64,000 bases of DNA, from positions 16,430,001 through 16,494,000 of the forward strand of contig NC_043003.1 in assembly GCF_006345805.1 (NCBI RefSeq). The letters are read 5' to 3'. This DNA is from Octopus sinensis (taxonomy: Eukaryota). This document shows, piece by piece, positions 1 to 12,217 of this stretch. How positions within the stretch are numbered: the first letter of the stretch is position 1; every line of letters begins with the position of its first letter. The translations under genes were made by a program, and so were the position numbers. The notes under the pieces are model-generated. The model made no database searches and had not been told where the DNA came from. It was given only the letters and a program-made list of their open reading frames with translations.

Positions 1-133
1 GTCATCTCCAATCCCAAGTATCAAAAATATTTCCCACACATTCATTTCGTTACTTTTATACTTTTTTTTAATATATTTTTGTTTTCTGTTTGGATTATTT
101 TATTGTTTTCGTCATCCGTCTCGGACACCACTC

Positions 134-299
134 CTTCTTCTTCTTCTTCTTCTTCTTCTTCTTCTTCTTCTTCTTCTTCTTCTTCTTCTTCTTCTTCTTC
201 TTCAATTATATTTATTCCCAATACCATTTTCCCCTCCTGTGACATTCTTCATCGGTTAAGGCTTATTTTGAAGCATTATTTATTCGGGAATCATGCTTT

Positions 300-336
<37 letters not shown>

Positions 337-402
337 ATATATATAATTATATATATATATATTATAACTATGTGTGTGTGTGTGTGTGTGTGGTGTGTGT
401 GT

Positions 403-437
<35 letters not shown>
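134..437. repeat. Compound microsatellite (CTT)n, (TA)n, (TG)n
   Basis: Directly visible tandem arrays; they generate the poly-E/poly-S/YIYI/CVCV ORFs at 42-465. Confidence 0.98.
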
Positions 438-439
<2 letters not shown>

Positions 440-744
440 TATTCTGTTTCACAACATCGTCATAATCCATTTCCTTCTTAAGTCGATTAAAGGAAAAAAT
501 AGCATGGATTCGATCTTAGCTCTTTAGAGAAACTGACCATCAGTCTATACGTCTTGAACCTCAAATCTATAGCAAAGGAAAGGAGGGCGGGAGGTGAAGA
601 AAATTAGATTTGGTTAGGCTCACGTTTCTCTCTCGCGCGTTACTGGCATAAGCAAAATGTAATATGGTTTCTAACGGAAATTGAGAATTGATTGCAGGTT
701 CGTCTCTCGACTCTCTGGCACTTTTTTTCTTTTCTTTTCTTTCT

Positions 745-1133
745 ATTACTTCTTTCAGTCATTTGGTTGCGGCATGCTGGAGCACCGCCTTTAATCGAAT
801 CAAATCGACTCCAGGACTTAGTACTTATACTATCGGTCTCTTTTGCCGAACCGCTAAGTTATGGGGACGTAAACACACCAGCATCGGTTGTCAAGCGATG
901 TTGGCGGGGGGGGGGGCAAACACAGATACACAACATACACACACACACATATATATATACATATACATATATACGACGGGCTTCTTTCAGTTTCCGTCTA
1001 CCATATCCACTCACAAGGCTTTGGTCGACCCGAGGCTATAGTAGAAGCCACCTACCCTAGGTGCCACTCAGTGGGACTGAACCCGTAACCGTCTGGTTGG
1101 TAAGCAAGCTACTTACCACACAGCCACTCCTGC
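745..1133 (-). mobile_element. tRNA-derived SINE, family A (head GGCGCAGGAGTGGCTGTGTGGTAAG, internal TA/TG microsatellite, GTAAAAGA-type tail)
   Basis: Reverse complement has a tRNA-like head with a B-box-like GGTTCAGTCCC segment; same body recurs >10 times in the window. Confidence 0.9.
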
Positions 1134-1620
1134 ACTCGCGACACTTTTTCGATAATCACGTCTGTCTTCTACTGAAAACGTTCGAGCAGATTGGGTTAGT
1201 TTTGAACCAATCGAGAAGTTGGTAGTTCCTATCCTGTTTTGGTCCTATGCTGTTCCAGTGGTTAGTGATAAAGACCTCAAACAGTCCGACTTCTTAGTAG
1301 GCATTGCAAAGTACTACCATTCACGACAACGCATTATCCGTTAAAGCATCATTAATTTTATCGAGTGACTCGTCAGCTGGTAGTGCAGATCTCGGTTCAC
1401 TTTGTGGGAAATGTTACATTTGAGAGACCAGGATTTTATTCAAGAAGGACTGCCTTGAAGCGTTTAGCCGAAAATATTGACCCTAGTAACATTTAAGCCT
1501 GGTACTTAATCAATCGGACATCTTTTACCGATAAGCTAAGTTACAGGGATGTAAACAAGCCAACACAGGCTGTCGAGTGGGAGCAGTGGGGACAAAAACG
1601 GTCACAAAGATGCACACATA

Positions 1621-1804
1621 CGAGGGGGTTATGAAAAGCACCTCACTTTTGATTTTATTCAACTTATTCCGCTCTCAGATTCACACACTTATTGCAGCGG
1701 TCCTTCAGTTTTTCTAAGCCTCGCAAAAGAACTCGGAAGTTTGGGTTTCTAGTCAAGCCTTTCGTGATACCCTGAAAACCATGAACTTTTCATCATCCAA
1801 TGGT
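1621..1804 (-). mobile_element. Short mariner-derived non-autonomous element (MITE-like)
   Basis: TA + CGAGGGGGTTATGAAAAG terminus and GAACTTTTCA opposite end; minus strand encodes the mariner C-terminal motif RGLEKLKDRCNKCVNLRAE*VE*; homologous to 22278-22498. Confidence 0.75.
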
Positions 1805-2714
1805 ATATATACATATATATATATATATAAATATATGCATATATATATCCATATATATATATTTCATTTTTTCTTATGACCCAGAGAAAGAAGGGCAATG
1901 CCCATAACTATTTTGAGGACATCTGTGTTTTGTGGGAGTAAAGCAGTTAGTCACTGCCAGTCAAGATACTTGTCTTGAATGATTGCAACAGAATGGGTAC
2001 TGCTAAAGCAATCTACCAATTAGGTAATACTAGTTGTGGTAGTGTTAAACAAGGCGACGGATTAAGTCTACCATCCTTTGGAAGACATCCTTATAAAAAT
2101 TAAGCTACCTTTATATTTGGTTACTAATAGTATGGTTTGACAATCCAGCGAGGGAACCTGTGCATGGAGAAAGCTCTGTTTGCTAGAAATAGCAGTCAGG
2201 TCTATTTCAAACTGTACCTGATGGTCATAAATATGAGAAGTATGTATTAGATATTATAGTCCAAGATATACTGACGAAATGGTTAGAGGTGTAATATTTG
2301 TTAACAGTAACAAATAGTTAGACAGAGAGGTTACAGAAATGTTAGAGCAACGAACTAAATGCGTGATAATATTTAGTTTCGATTCGTTATCTTTAGTGCC
2401 GACAAATAAATAAATGAAAGAACTCCAAGGAATATATTAAGATCGATTCAATATTCTCTGGCCGTTGCACCTCGTCTTCTGCGATTGTCGATGTGTTGCT
2501 AGGTCAAAAGAGATCAATTTATAAGAGCGAAGAAGTGGTGTAGAGGAAGAAGAAAGTGAAGGAAGAAGAAAGAAAGAATGAAAGAACGGAAGGAGAGAGA
2601 AAGAAAGAAATTAAGGAAAATGGGGAGGCGCAAAGCATTAAAAAGGAAGGAGGGAGGAAATGTAATAAAAGGATGAATGAGAAATGTATGAAAATGAAGA
2701 GAATGAAACAAAGC

Positions 2715-2822
2715 GAAGAAGAAGAAGAAGAAGAAGAAGAAGAAGAAGAAGAAGAAGAAGAAGAAGAAGAAGAAGAAGAAGAAGAAGAAGAAGAAGAAGA
2801 AGAAGAAGAAGAAGAAGAAGAA
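2715..2822. repeat. (GAA)n microsatellite
   Basis: Pure array; source of the poly-E/R/S ORFs at 2514-2929. Confidence 0.98.
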
Positions 2823-3209
2823 TGAAAAAGAAGAATGAGGAAGAAGAGATTGGAGAAGGTTATTATGAACTGGACAGAGAGATTAATCAAAGAGAGATGA
2901 ACAAATGTTTAACAAAAATTACGCAGTAACCAGAGACAGAAAACTAAACAAAATCTCCTGGAATCTTTCCCAGAATCTAACTGCCCGGCTTTCTTCATGC
3001 CTTACAATCTGACCTAAACGATTTTCTGAGATAAACACAAGCAGTTCTTCCATATATAACTTTGTAGTTCATGGCAAGTCAGTTATTGTCTGTTGGAATC
3101 GATCGTATTAAATAACAAAACAGTGTTGATCCAGTTGTGGTTGTGCTTGTGGTTTTGGTTATGATTGTGGTTTTGTAGTCTCGGATCAATCTTAAATGAA
3201 CAGATATAT

Positions 3210-4400
3210 GAGCAGGCGTAATTCGGCAGTGACGATACCTTTCCTTAGCATCCGTTACATACAGGACTAGGCATGCCGAGGCTAATGATGCACAGACATG
3301 CACTGAGCTATCGACATCTCCAGCGTTTCCTTAACGGCGAGCAGGCGCGGTCGCCATTTGTTGGACATGCTTTTCCACGGCAGCTCGTCTCCGTTACAGA
3401 GCTGCAGTCCTGGATCAAGCTTAGATCAAGGCAGAGTGTGTGGTACCTTGAATGTCGTCGGGCGCTCACACACCTCTGCCATTCGAGCCATGCGGTCAGC
3501 GGATGTTCCACCATGAAGTTCTATAAAGGATTAATAGCGAGTAAGAGCGACGACGTCCTTGGGGAAACTCTGGGCATCGATGAGGATCAACTGGTTGATC
3601 TTTTCCGGAAGACTTTTAGGCTGAATCTCATGGATAACTTCCAGAAATCCCTGGTCTGGATGCGCTACCGTGGTGTTATTTCCGGTTCGGGATAAGCTCT
3701 ACAGGTATGGTAGTACTCTCAGCCGTCTCTGCTCGAAGTGCGCGCAGAGTGACGAAACCATCCTGCACATGTTCGTACAGTGCTTTAGCATTGTTGACTT
3801 GTGGAGTTATGTCAAATCGCTTCTATCACGTATAGGGTGGACCAACTTCATCGTAATGATCATCATACCGCATTCCTTTGGTCTTGAAGGGTAGGACAGC
3901 TTACCGTTATCTTGTGGCTATGGCAAAAGAGGTTGTGTGGTTGACGAGACTGAAAGGACTGAAAACAGACACTTCCCTCTGCAGCTAACGCCTCATTGAC
4001 TTTTTAAAATCCCATTTGAAAAGGAAGGTGATGGTTAAGAAGGTTGTGCAGCCTCCTAGTAAATTTGTTGAAAGCTGGGTGAATGTGACAAGGATGGCCT
4101 AAGTGAGCGGGCCCAGCCTAAGCTATCGTCTGTAGGCTGAAAAATTCGAAAGCGAGAGCGGTACTCTCCATGGTACTCTCGGTGAGTAGAGTGCCTTAAG
4201 ATCTGTGAAGTTCTTTGGTTGACCCTGGATGACTCCCCCCCACTATTGGGGATATTTTAAGATACTTTTGCAAATTATTAATATAGTTTACAAATTTCTA
4301 AGTAAATTCTCACTCCTTTGCCTTTGTATTATCCTAAATGTTTTCGCATTTTGGTAGTATTATGTGAGTTTCTATTATACTACAGAGCTCACCTCCGAGT
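3210..4400 (+). mobile_element. 5'-truncated L1/Tx1-type LINE, degenerate ORF2 C-terminus plus 3' UTR
   Basis: GLGMPRL...MDNFQKSLVWMRYRGV/LPVRDKL...CSKCAQSDETILHMFVQC (zf-RVT CCHC motif) ...LVAMAKEVVWLTR; frameshifts and stops; 3' limit approximate. Confidence 0.8.
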
Positions 4401-4660
4401 TCCAGGAGTATCCTTATTTTTGAGAGGATTGGGGTAGAGTAAGCCCTTCCAGTTAGTATACTACTCCAGTATATTTTGTCATGGGGTTTAGATTCTTGTT
4501 AGATTAATGTTTTTCGGTTATACATGACAGGTACAATGTCGGTTGTGTTGTTTTATTGGGCCTTAATATTGCACAGTATAAATTGCACGAGTTCTGTTGT
4601 TTCAGATTATTACATGCTTATTGTATAATGTGTATATTGCATGTGAAGATATAGGCTATT

Positions 4661-4661
4661 C

Positions 4662-4715
<54 letters not shown>

Positions 4716-4734
4716 CATCATCATCATTATTATT

Positions 4735-4770
<36 letters not shown>

Positions 4771-4825
4771 ATTATTGTTGTTGTTGTTGTTGTTATCATT
4801 ATTATTATTATTGCTTTATTATTAT
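4661..4825. repeat. (ATT)n/(ATC)n/(GTT)n compound microsatellite
   Basis: Visible arrays; downstream flank of the R4-like 3' end at 4862-5150. Confidence 0.97.
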
Positions 4826-4861
4826 TGTTCTTGTTATTTACTTTTAATCTGCATGTTTATA

Positions 4862-5150
4862 ATAATCACTTGCCGAGACACACCTGGCGTCCTAAGGCGA
4901 GTGAAGGATGAGATGTTACAGTATGACTGAAGACTTGGGGAGGTGAAGTGGCAGCGGCAGTAGCGAAATATCTTCATGTAACACTAAACACATTTAAATT
5001 GATATGGTTTTTCAAAGGGTGTGCGCAGTACTTGTCAGCACCGTCTTTTGAATTTCTCGGAAACATGGTTCTCCTGAGATGTTATCTAGATGTTTCTGAC
5101 ATCCTTTGTTTTTATCATACCTTGGACACCTACAATAACAACAACAGTTC
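4862..5150 (-). mobile_element. R4/Dong-clade non-LTR retrotransposon 3' fragment
   Basis: Minus strand reads VIVGVQGMIK/KGCQKHLDNISGEPCFREIQKTVLTSTAHTL*KTISI*, matching the PVxxGALG...QKxxLxGTAxxLR terminus of RLE elements; 3' UTR motif CCTTAGGACGCCAGGTGTGTCTCGGCAAG resembles that of the 16.6 kb copy. Confidence 0.75.
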
Positions 5151-5262
5151 TTGCTTTAATATACCATATAGTTTGTATTTCGATTTCCAGGTCCTTATAT
5201 TTACTTAATTTGTTAAATTCTTTTACAGATATAGATATTATTATTATTATTATTATTATTAT

Positions 5263-5805
5263 TGAGTGAGAGAGCAGTGCATGCCATCAAAGTGACACTG
5301 GGGTAAAATATACGAAGCCCAATATACCCATCATGACTACCCGTTGAAAAGGTACACCAGGCACATGCATCACACCATATGTATGCGACATGGTGATCTC
5401 ATATCAAGATAAACAGCACATGACCTTGCAGGTGGGGCCCAGTTAGAATTTTCTTCAGATTGAGTAGCCCATCCACTCAAAAGGTCCCTGAATAAGGGTT
5501 GTTTAAGGATGTTGAAAGAACCACCCATGTTTCCAGAGGTGAACTATTCAAACCCCAAAGAATCCCTCTCAACACATGGCTATGATGCTCCCCCACTACT
5601 TCTGTTCATGATCAGAGATGCACATATTGTCAGCCACTAAGGGACATGCTCAACTGGTTAAGGTCAAACAACTGACAAGCAAATCTGTGGTATTGAGCAG
5701 AATATTTGCTGTAGCCCATCTTTTATACCAAGACAAACAATGTACATGATAACACTTCCAATCAGTTAAGATCAGAAGCCATGAGAGCCACTGCCTGGTA
5801 CTGCA

Positions 5806-5808
<3 letters not shown>
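5263..5808 (-). mobile_element. ~546-bp non-coding interspersed repeat bounded by (AAT)n on both sides
   Basis: Sharp boundaries against ATT arrays at both ends; no ORF or tRNA head seen; resembles a repeat I recall from octopus sequence; orientation inferred from neighbours. Confidence 0.6.
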
Positions 5809-5863
<55 letters not shown>

Positions 5864-5879
5864 GATTATTATTATTATT

Positions 5880-6120
5880 CAGTAGTTTTATTTTTATAGC
5901 GTGCTTTCACTTCACTACCGAGCGCAGCTCTGTGTGCCTTGGGTATGTGCTGTGATTTGTTGTGATGCTCTGATGGTTATTGTATGGAAAGTGTTCTGCG
6001 TAGGATGTGTGCAGTGCCTAGTAGTGCAATTTTCTGTATGTTATATGTGTTTGTAAGTCCTGGTGTTTTTGTTATGTATTTGTCTGAATATTTTTTTATC
6101 ATGCCTAATGCACCTACTAT
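5880..6120 (-). mobile_element. R4/Dong-clade retrotransposon 3' fragment
   Basis: Minus strand reads IVGALGMIKKYSDKYITKTPGLTNTYNIQKIALLGTAHILRRTLSIQ*, then a short 3' UTR running into (AAT)n; (AAT)n also at the 5' junction. Confidence 0.85.
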
Positions 6121-6128
6121 GATGATTA

Positions 6129-6181
<53 letters not shown>

Positions 6182-6900
6182 TATTATTATATTATTATTA
6201 TTATTATTATTATTACTATTCAGATATACTGTATTGTTTAATACAGCCTTCTGCTTGGAAAGAGATTGAGAGGGATATGGAGTTTATTTCTGTCTTTTTA
6301 CGCAACCACACCAATGCTCCCTCGTTGGCTAGCAAATCTTGGCTTTAGGTAGATGAATAATACCACCCCCAACGTATAATTCGACAGCTATTGTTGATCT
6401 CAGATAAAGGAAAAGTACTGGAAGGCAGTTAACGAAAACAGATCAGTTGTATTCAGTAATTTGTTTTTCATGAAATGTTGTTAAAGGAGTGTTCTGCGAT
6501 AGATACACTTAATTATTATTAAATCATTTTCCCTCGAATATCCGGTAAACTTCACGCAGCATACAACAGTGCACCATACTGTGTAACGCAACACATATGC
6601 GTATAATTGTTGATGAGATTGATTATTAATAAGATATCGTACTTTCGTCTAAAGAGGAGTCTCTATGGATTACAAATGCCTTCATACAGAGACATATAAT
6701 GGGAGTTGTTATCGTAAAATTACAATTTAGAAATGTCGGTTATGTAATTAACCGGCTGTTCTAGCGATAGCAGCCCCTCACGACAACGGCTGTAATAGCA
6801 ATAATAGAACGAGCAAAACAACGGCATCGATGATGATATTGATAATGATGATGATGATGATGATGATGATGATACGTAGGATGTGGCCAATGAACAGATG

Positions 6901-7150
6901 ATACCAATAGTATCATAGGATACCAATAGTAATTGGTGCACTTGGAAGTATCAGCGCTCAACTTCCAGCTTGGCTCAAAAAGTATTGGTTACAAAAGTAA
7001 AGGATAGAAGCACCTACAAAAATCCTTCATTGCTTCAAACTTCAAGAGTTCTCTGCAGGGTTCTTGACTAACACAGACTTATTGTCGAAATATCGTTCAA
7101 CCAATAAAATACCTATTATAATCGAATCACGCTCTTCGTCTTGACTGTTA
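6901..7150 (+). mobile_element. R4/Dong-clade retrotransposon 3' fragment
   Basis: IPIVIGALGSISAQLPAWLK/.../HLQKS/SLLQTSRVLCRVLD* with frameshifts, followed by (AAT)n at 7151. Confidence 0.7.
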
Positions 7151-7200
<50 letters not shown>

Positions 7201-7388
7201 TAATCAAAATGATAATGAGGAGGAGGGGGAAGAGAAGAAGAAGAAGAAGAAGAAGAAGAGAAGAGAAGAAGAAGAAGAAGAAGATGAAGAAGAAGAAGAA
7301 GAAGAAGAAGAAGAAGAAGAAGAAGAAGAAGAAGAAGAAGAAGAAGAAGAAGAAGAAGAAGAAGAAGGAAAAGAAGAAAAAGAAGAAG
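7151..7388. repeat. (AAT)n followed by (GAA)n microsatellite
   Basis: Visible arrays; source of the poly-K/poly-L ORFs. Confidence 0.97.
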
Positions 7389-7789
7389 GACTCCTAATAT
7401 ATACAACAGACCCAACACACTTTTAATCACAGTTTTAATCAACTCTGGTTATTAACTGTTTGTACCAAGAATGAAAAATTTTGTTTCTATAAACTAAAGT
7501 ATGTTTCCTGTTTCGGAATTATACCACAAATACACATCCGATCTGACACCAAATAATTAAGCTGAAATAATGACATCATAGAAGTTATTATGATTAATTT
7601 AGAAACACGTAATAGCAGTTATGTTAAGTTTTCGTTTAGTTCTTAATTGAATAGTCTATCATTGTAATGTCGGACATTTTCGTAGAATTTCTGTGCTTTA
7701 TTTACTGATACACGTTCCGTTGTAGCTCAGTCAACTAGCGGATGAATGTCAGTGACTAGCTTGAAGAAGCGAGACGAAAGCTATTCCCA

Positions 7790-8070
7790 ATATCCATTTT
7801 GTGGGAACAGAAATGGAAGCTGTCGAAAATGATGAAGCGAAGTCAGTGTGGGATTACAAACCAGAGGGAAAATAGAACACATGCCAGTTGCAGATGAGGA
7901 GAAATTATGTTCTGTAATTGACGTGACATGCTATTTGATAGAGTACAAAGAAAGGTTAAAGAGTAGAACACTACATGAACTTGAAGTATGAAATCCTCAA
8001 GTGCTCGAACAGAGAAGTTAACAAGATCATGATACTGTCGATTATTATTGTTATCATAGGAACACTTAAC
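7790..8070 (+). mobile_element. Highly degenerate RLE-domain fragment (R4/Dong-like)
   Basis: Across frames: VENDEAKSVWD, CSVIDVTC, VEHYMNLKYEILKC...IIVIIGTL, colinear with ENxxxKILWD...IIDxxxP...KYxDLKxEI...PVVIGALG. Confidence 0.55.
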
Positions 8071-8392
8071 TGCTCAGCCTTTTTCTTCTTAAGTTTTCAT
8101 TCCTTTTAACTACTACTATCAGCACTGTTTTGCTGTTGTCTATTTGTCTCAAGTCTTTTGAATGACTTTCTATCTAACATGAACTATATTTGAGGCTTTG
8201 TGTCACTCATCGGATCCTTATTTTTTCTGCCCTTTCTTTGAGACCGAAAAAACTTAGGGATTCTTCTTTTGTCTCAAAGTGTGTTTAGCGCCGGAGACTT
8301 TAATCTTACTCTACTTTATTTGTCCAAGAATTCAGCCTAGCAATCAAGCATTTCCTTACGGTCAATAGCATACTGACTATGAGAAAGTTCCA

Positions 8393-8815
8393 GAGTGGCT
8401 GTGTGGTAAGTAGCTTGCTTACGAACCACATGGTTCCGGGTTAAGTCCCACTGCGGGGAACCTTGGGCAAGTGTCTTCTACTATAGCCTTGGGCCAACCA
8501 AAGCCTTGTAAGTGAATTTGGTAGACGGAAACTGAAAGAATCCCGTTGTATATATGTACATATATATGTATATGTATGTGTGTGCGTGTGTGTGTGTGTA
8601 TGTTTGTGTGTCTGTGTTTGTCCCCCCAACATCGCTTGACAACCGATGCTGGTGTGTTTATGTCCCCGTCACTTAGCGGTTCGGTGAAAGAGACAGATAG
8701 AATAAACACTAAGCTTCCAAAGAATACGTCCTGGGGTCGATTTGCTCGATTAAAGGCGGTGCTCCAGTATGACCACAGTCAAATGACTAACAAATAAAAG
8801 AGTAAAAGAGTAAAA
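8393..8815 (+). mobile_element. SINE family A
   Basis: Near full-length copy with tRNA-like head, internal (TA/TG)n and GTAAAAGA tail. Confidence 0.92.
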
Positions 8816-9183
8816 TGGAGGAACAAGGAAGCGATCTGCACCGGCTGATGCTCTTATGGGTGAGACACTTTTGGGTCAGCGATACAAATCCGTATAGGCT
8901 TAATGGCGTGCGTGGAGTGGCAAACTCAAGGGCTAACATAGGCGGCACACATTCTAACTTTGTCACTGATTATAGTCTTCCATCACATTTATCATCAACC
9001 ACTATTCGGGACAGGGAGATATCGTGTTCTCTTACAGATCTCCTTACCCTCCATTGCAGTGCACGAACAAATTCACCAGATATATATGAAAGGTTTGGAT
9101 CGCTTTTTAGGATTTTCCTTAATTGCGTACATTTCATTTATTATTTCATGATACGATAGATGCAGCACACAGATCATGGTATA

Positions 9184-9530
9184 TTGGGTTGTCCGGAAAG
9201 TTCGTGCCGAAAAAGGTCAATAAATACTTGCCATTACATTTTTAATCAACCAAATATGAACCATTTTGTTGCACAATGCGTCTCCATCTTTCCTTTAACT
9301 TGAAAATACCCTCTTCCCAGAATTGAGGTGGTTTCATGGCAAAGAATTCATCAAGGTATCTTTTTACGTCATCCAAGGAATTGAAATTTTTACCATTAAG
9401 ACTATTCTACAGAGACCTGGATAAGTGGAAATCCGAAGGAGCAATATCTGGTGAATATGTAGGGCGGGGTAACAGATCCCAGCCGAGCTACACCAATTTT
9501 TGTCTAATTCCCAAAGCATCACGTTCCAAA
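9184..9530 (-). mobile_element. Mariner 3' fragment with TIR
   Basis: TA + TTGGGTTGTCCGGAAAGTTCGTGCCGA TIR; minus strand LGWDLLPRPTYSPDIAPSDFHL...KERWRRIVQQNGSYLVD* (YSPDLAPSD-type motif). Confidence 0.88.
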
Positions 9531-10462
9531 AATGAACTTTCTTATCTTCCATTTTAAGGGGTTACAAAATTAACACAGATTATAGGAACATAAACCTTCT
9601 TCCACGAAAAGATAGCTTAAACTGTGCTCCAAATGGATGTGTAGTCAAATCCTATTTTATGGACTCAACTATGTTCTAAAATAAGTCAAACGGTAAGCTA
9701 CTATAAATCGGTACGAACTTTCCGGGCAACCCAGTATTAGATGTATCATGAAAGTATAGATGTAGTACATACATTTCAGTATCTTGAATAGGCAGATGTA
9801 ATACATAAATCTCCATATCATGATATGGTAGATATAGTGCATATGACTCTGTATTAGGAACAGTTGATGTTATATAAGTCCCCACATCATGTTGCAGCAG
9901 ATGTTGAGCAAGAATATCATATGACACCTGACATTTTCATGTGTGATATCGCCTTAAAGCAAGAAGGATTGAAATACAGATGTTGTTGTTGATAACCGAC
10001 ATCTTTGTTATACTATTGTTGTTCCTAGTTTGTTATCACAGGCGATATTGTTACCGTTTTTACTGCTCAAATTCTTTGTGTACATCGGTGTTTATATTAT
10101 TTTGTTTTACCGAACATTTCAACAGGTTAATACTCATGTTTGCTGTGATGTTTCTTCTTTCAGCTGCCTTTGGTAAAGAACAACGACTGCATTAATTTCG
10201 AGATTATCAATCTTCTTCTTCTTCCCCTTCTCCAGTTTATATCCTGAACAACCTCATTAAACGAAAAGTAAAGTTCAAATATTTTTTCCCCAAGGGGACC
10301 AAATATGAAGCGGAAGGTGCTGCAAAAATGTTACAAATCCACAGAACAAATGAAATGCAACGGAATAAAATGCTTTCAGAAAATTTCAGAAAACTTTTGA
10401 ACATCACGCTTAATTCAGTCGCTAATTGTTAAGAGTGATTCCTAGCATACATAATAAGAGTC

Positions 10463-10529
10463 AATAATAATAATGATGATAATAATAATAATAATAATAA
10501 TAATAATAGTAATAATAATAATAATAATA

Positions 10530-10569
<40 letters not shown>

Positions 10570-10773
10570 GAAGAAGAAGAAGAAGAAGAAGAGCGATGAT
10601 GATGATAATAATAATAATAATAATAATAATAAAACAATAATATTAATAGTAATAATAATAATAATAATAATAAGAAGAGAAGAGAAAAAAGAAGAATGAT
10701 GATGATAATAATGATAATAATAATAGTAATAACAACAACAACAATAATAATGATAATAATAATAATAATAATA

Positions 10774-10817
<44 letters not shown>

Positions 10818-10822
10818 CAATA
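10463..10822. repeat. Long compound (AAT)n/(GAA)n/(GAT)n array
   Basis: Visible arrays. Confidence 0.96.
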
Positions 10823-11117
10823 ATTTATATTAAACTCACAAATACATAATGACTATTAAGTTGAAACATTTTGGCGTATATATTGACAAAGTACAAATGA
10901 ATATATACATATATGTATATGTATAAATCAACCACTTAGCATTATATATATATATAGATATATAATATATGTATATATATGTATGTATATATATATATTT
11001 ATTTATATATGTATATGTATGTGTAAATATATGTATGTATACATATGTGTGTGTAAATATATATATATGTATATATGTGTGTGTAAATATAAATGTTAAT
11101 ACATATATATATATCTA

Positions 11118-11198
<81 letters not shown>

Positions 11199-11214
11199 CT
11201 CTCTCTCTCTCTCT

Positions 11215-11253
<39 letters not shown>

Positions 11254-11439
11254 TACATCCATACACACAGAGAAACGCACAGACATATATAGTGTAAAGT
11301 TAAAAATGTAAAGATGGAGATCAAATTAAGCGGCAAAGCCCATGGAAAACAGTCAGTCATGGCTGTGCGAATTTTTAGATTCAATAAGACTGTCATGACA
11401 TCTTATGTACCTTCTCGACTCTAATGCCATAATCAAGAG

Positions 11440-12050
11440 ACAAGATATCCAGTGCCAATATGAGTCGTGGCAGGCTCAGGAATGAGGCAGTGCCATGAAT
11501 CTCAAGTGCAAGCAAAATTTTCCCCCACATGTCCAGTGCCCTTCTCTGCATATCCGATTTTATATCAGAGTGAGCTTATTCAAGAGACACGCTTTAACAA
11601 AAGCTGAGGAGTGCATCAATGTCTTTCAACACACCGGACGTCAACACAGAATTTCTGAGTGCCCGTGATACTGTTAGATAGACGTTGAATTGACCGTGGG
11701 TTCATCCATCCTTGCTCCTTGGATGATGAAATATCTCTAAGTCTCCTGAAGGTAACTGATTTCTGCAGGTCTCTTGCGTGTTGCGTCTGACCCCAACATG
11801 GCATCTCAATGCGAGCAAAAGTGTACCATGTGTGTATGTAGATGTGTGTTGACATCGCACCTTAACTCATGTGAGACATGGACCTTTTACAAGCATCATG
11901 TAAGGGCTCTAGAACGCTTCCGTCAGAGATGTAAGAGCCACATTCTGAATATTGGTTGATCCTTGAGGATTCCACAAATAGTGACCTTGAGGAGAGCCGA
12001 CGTCCTGAGCATTGAAGCTCCTATGATATGAGAATCCAACCTGTGTATAC
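11440..12050 (+). mobile_element. Degenerate RTE-type LINE RT C-terminal fragment
   Basis: SLDDEISL...VLTSHLNSCETWTFYKHHVRALERFRQRCKSHILNI...LRRADVLSIE matches the RTE LLYGCETW/LExFHQRCLRxIL pattern; 5' limit approximate. Confidence 0.7.
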
Positions 12051-12217
12051 TTAACTTCCTGGATGTAAAATGAATTCAAGATAATAGACTCCCTACCCAG
12101 ACAGAAATGCTAGTTCTATACTTGACTAGGTCTAAATCTTACGTCAAAATGTATCCCTTCAAATTGTTACTGATCAGATATCGACTAGATATTTTAGAAT
12201 CATAACCACTACTATAA

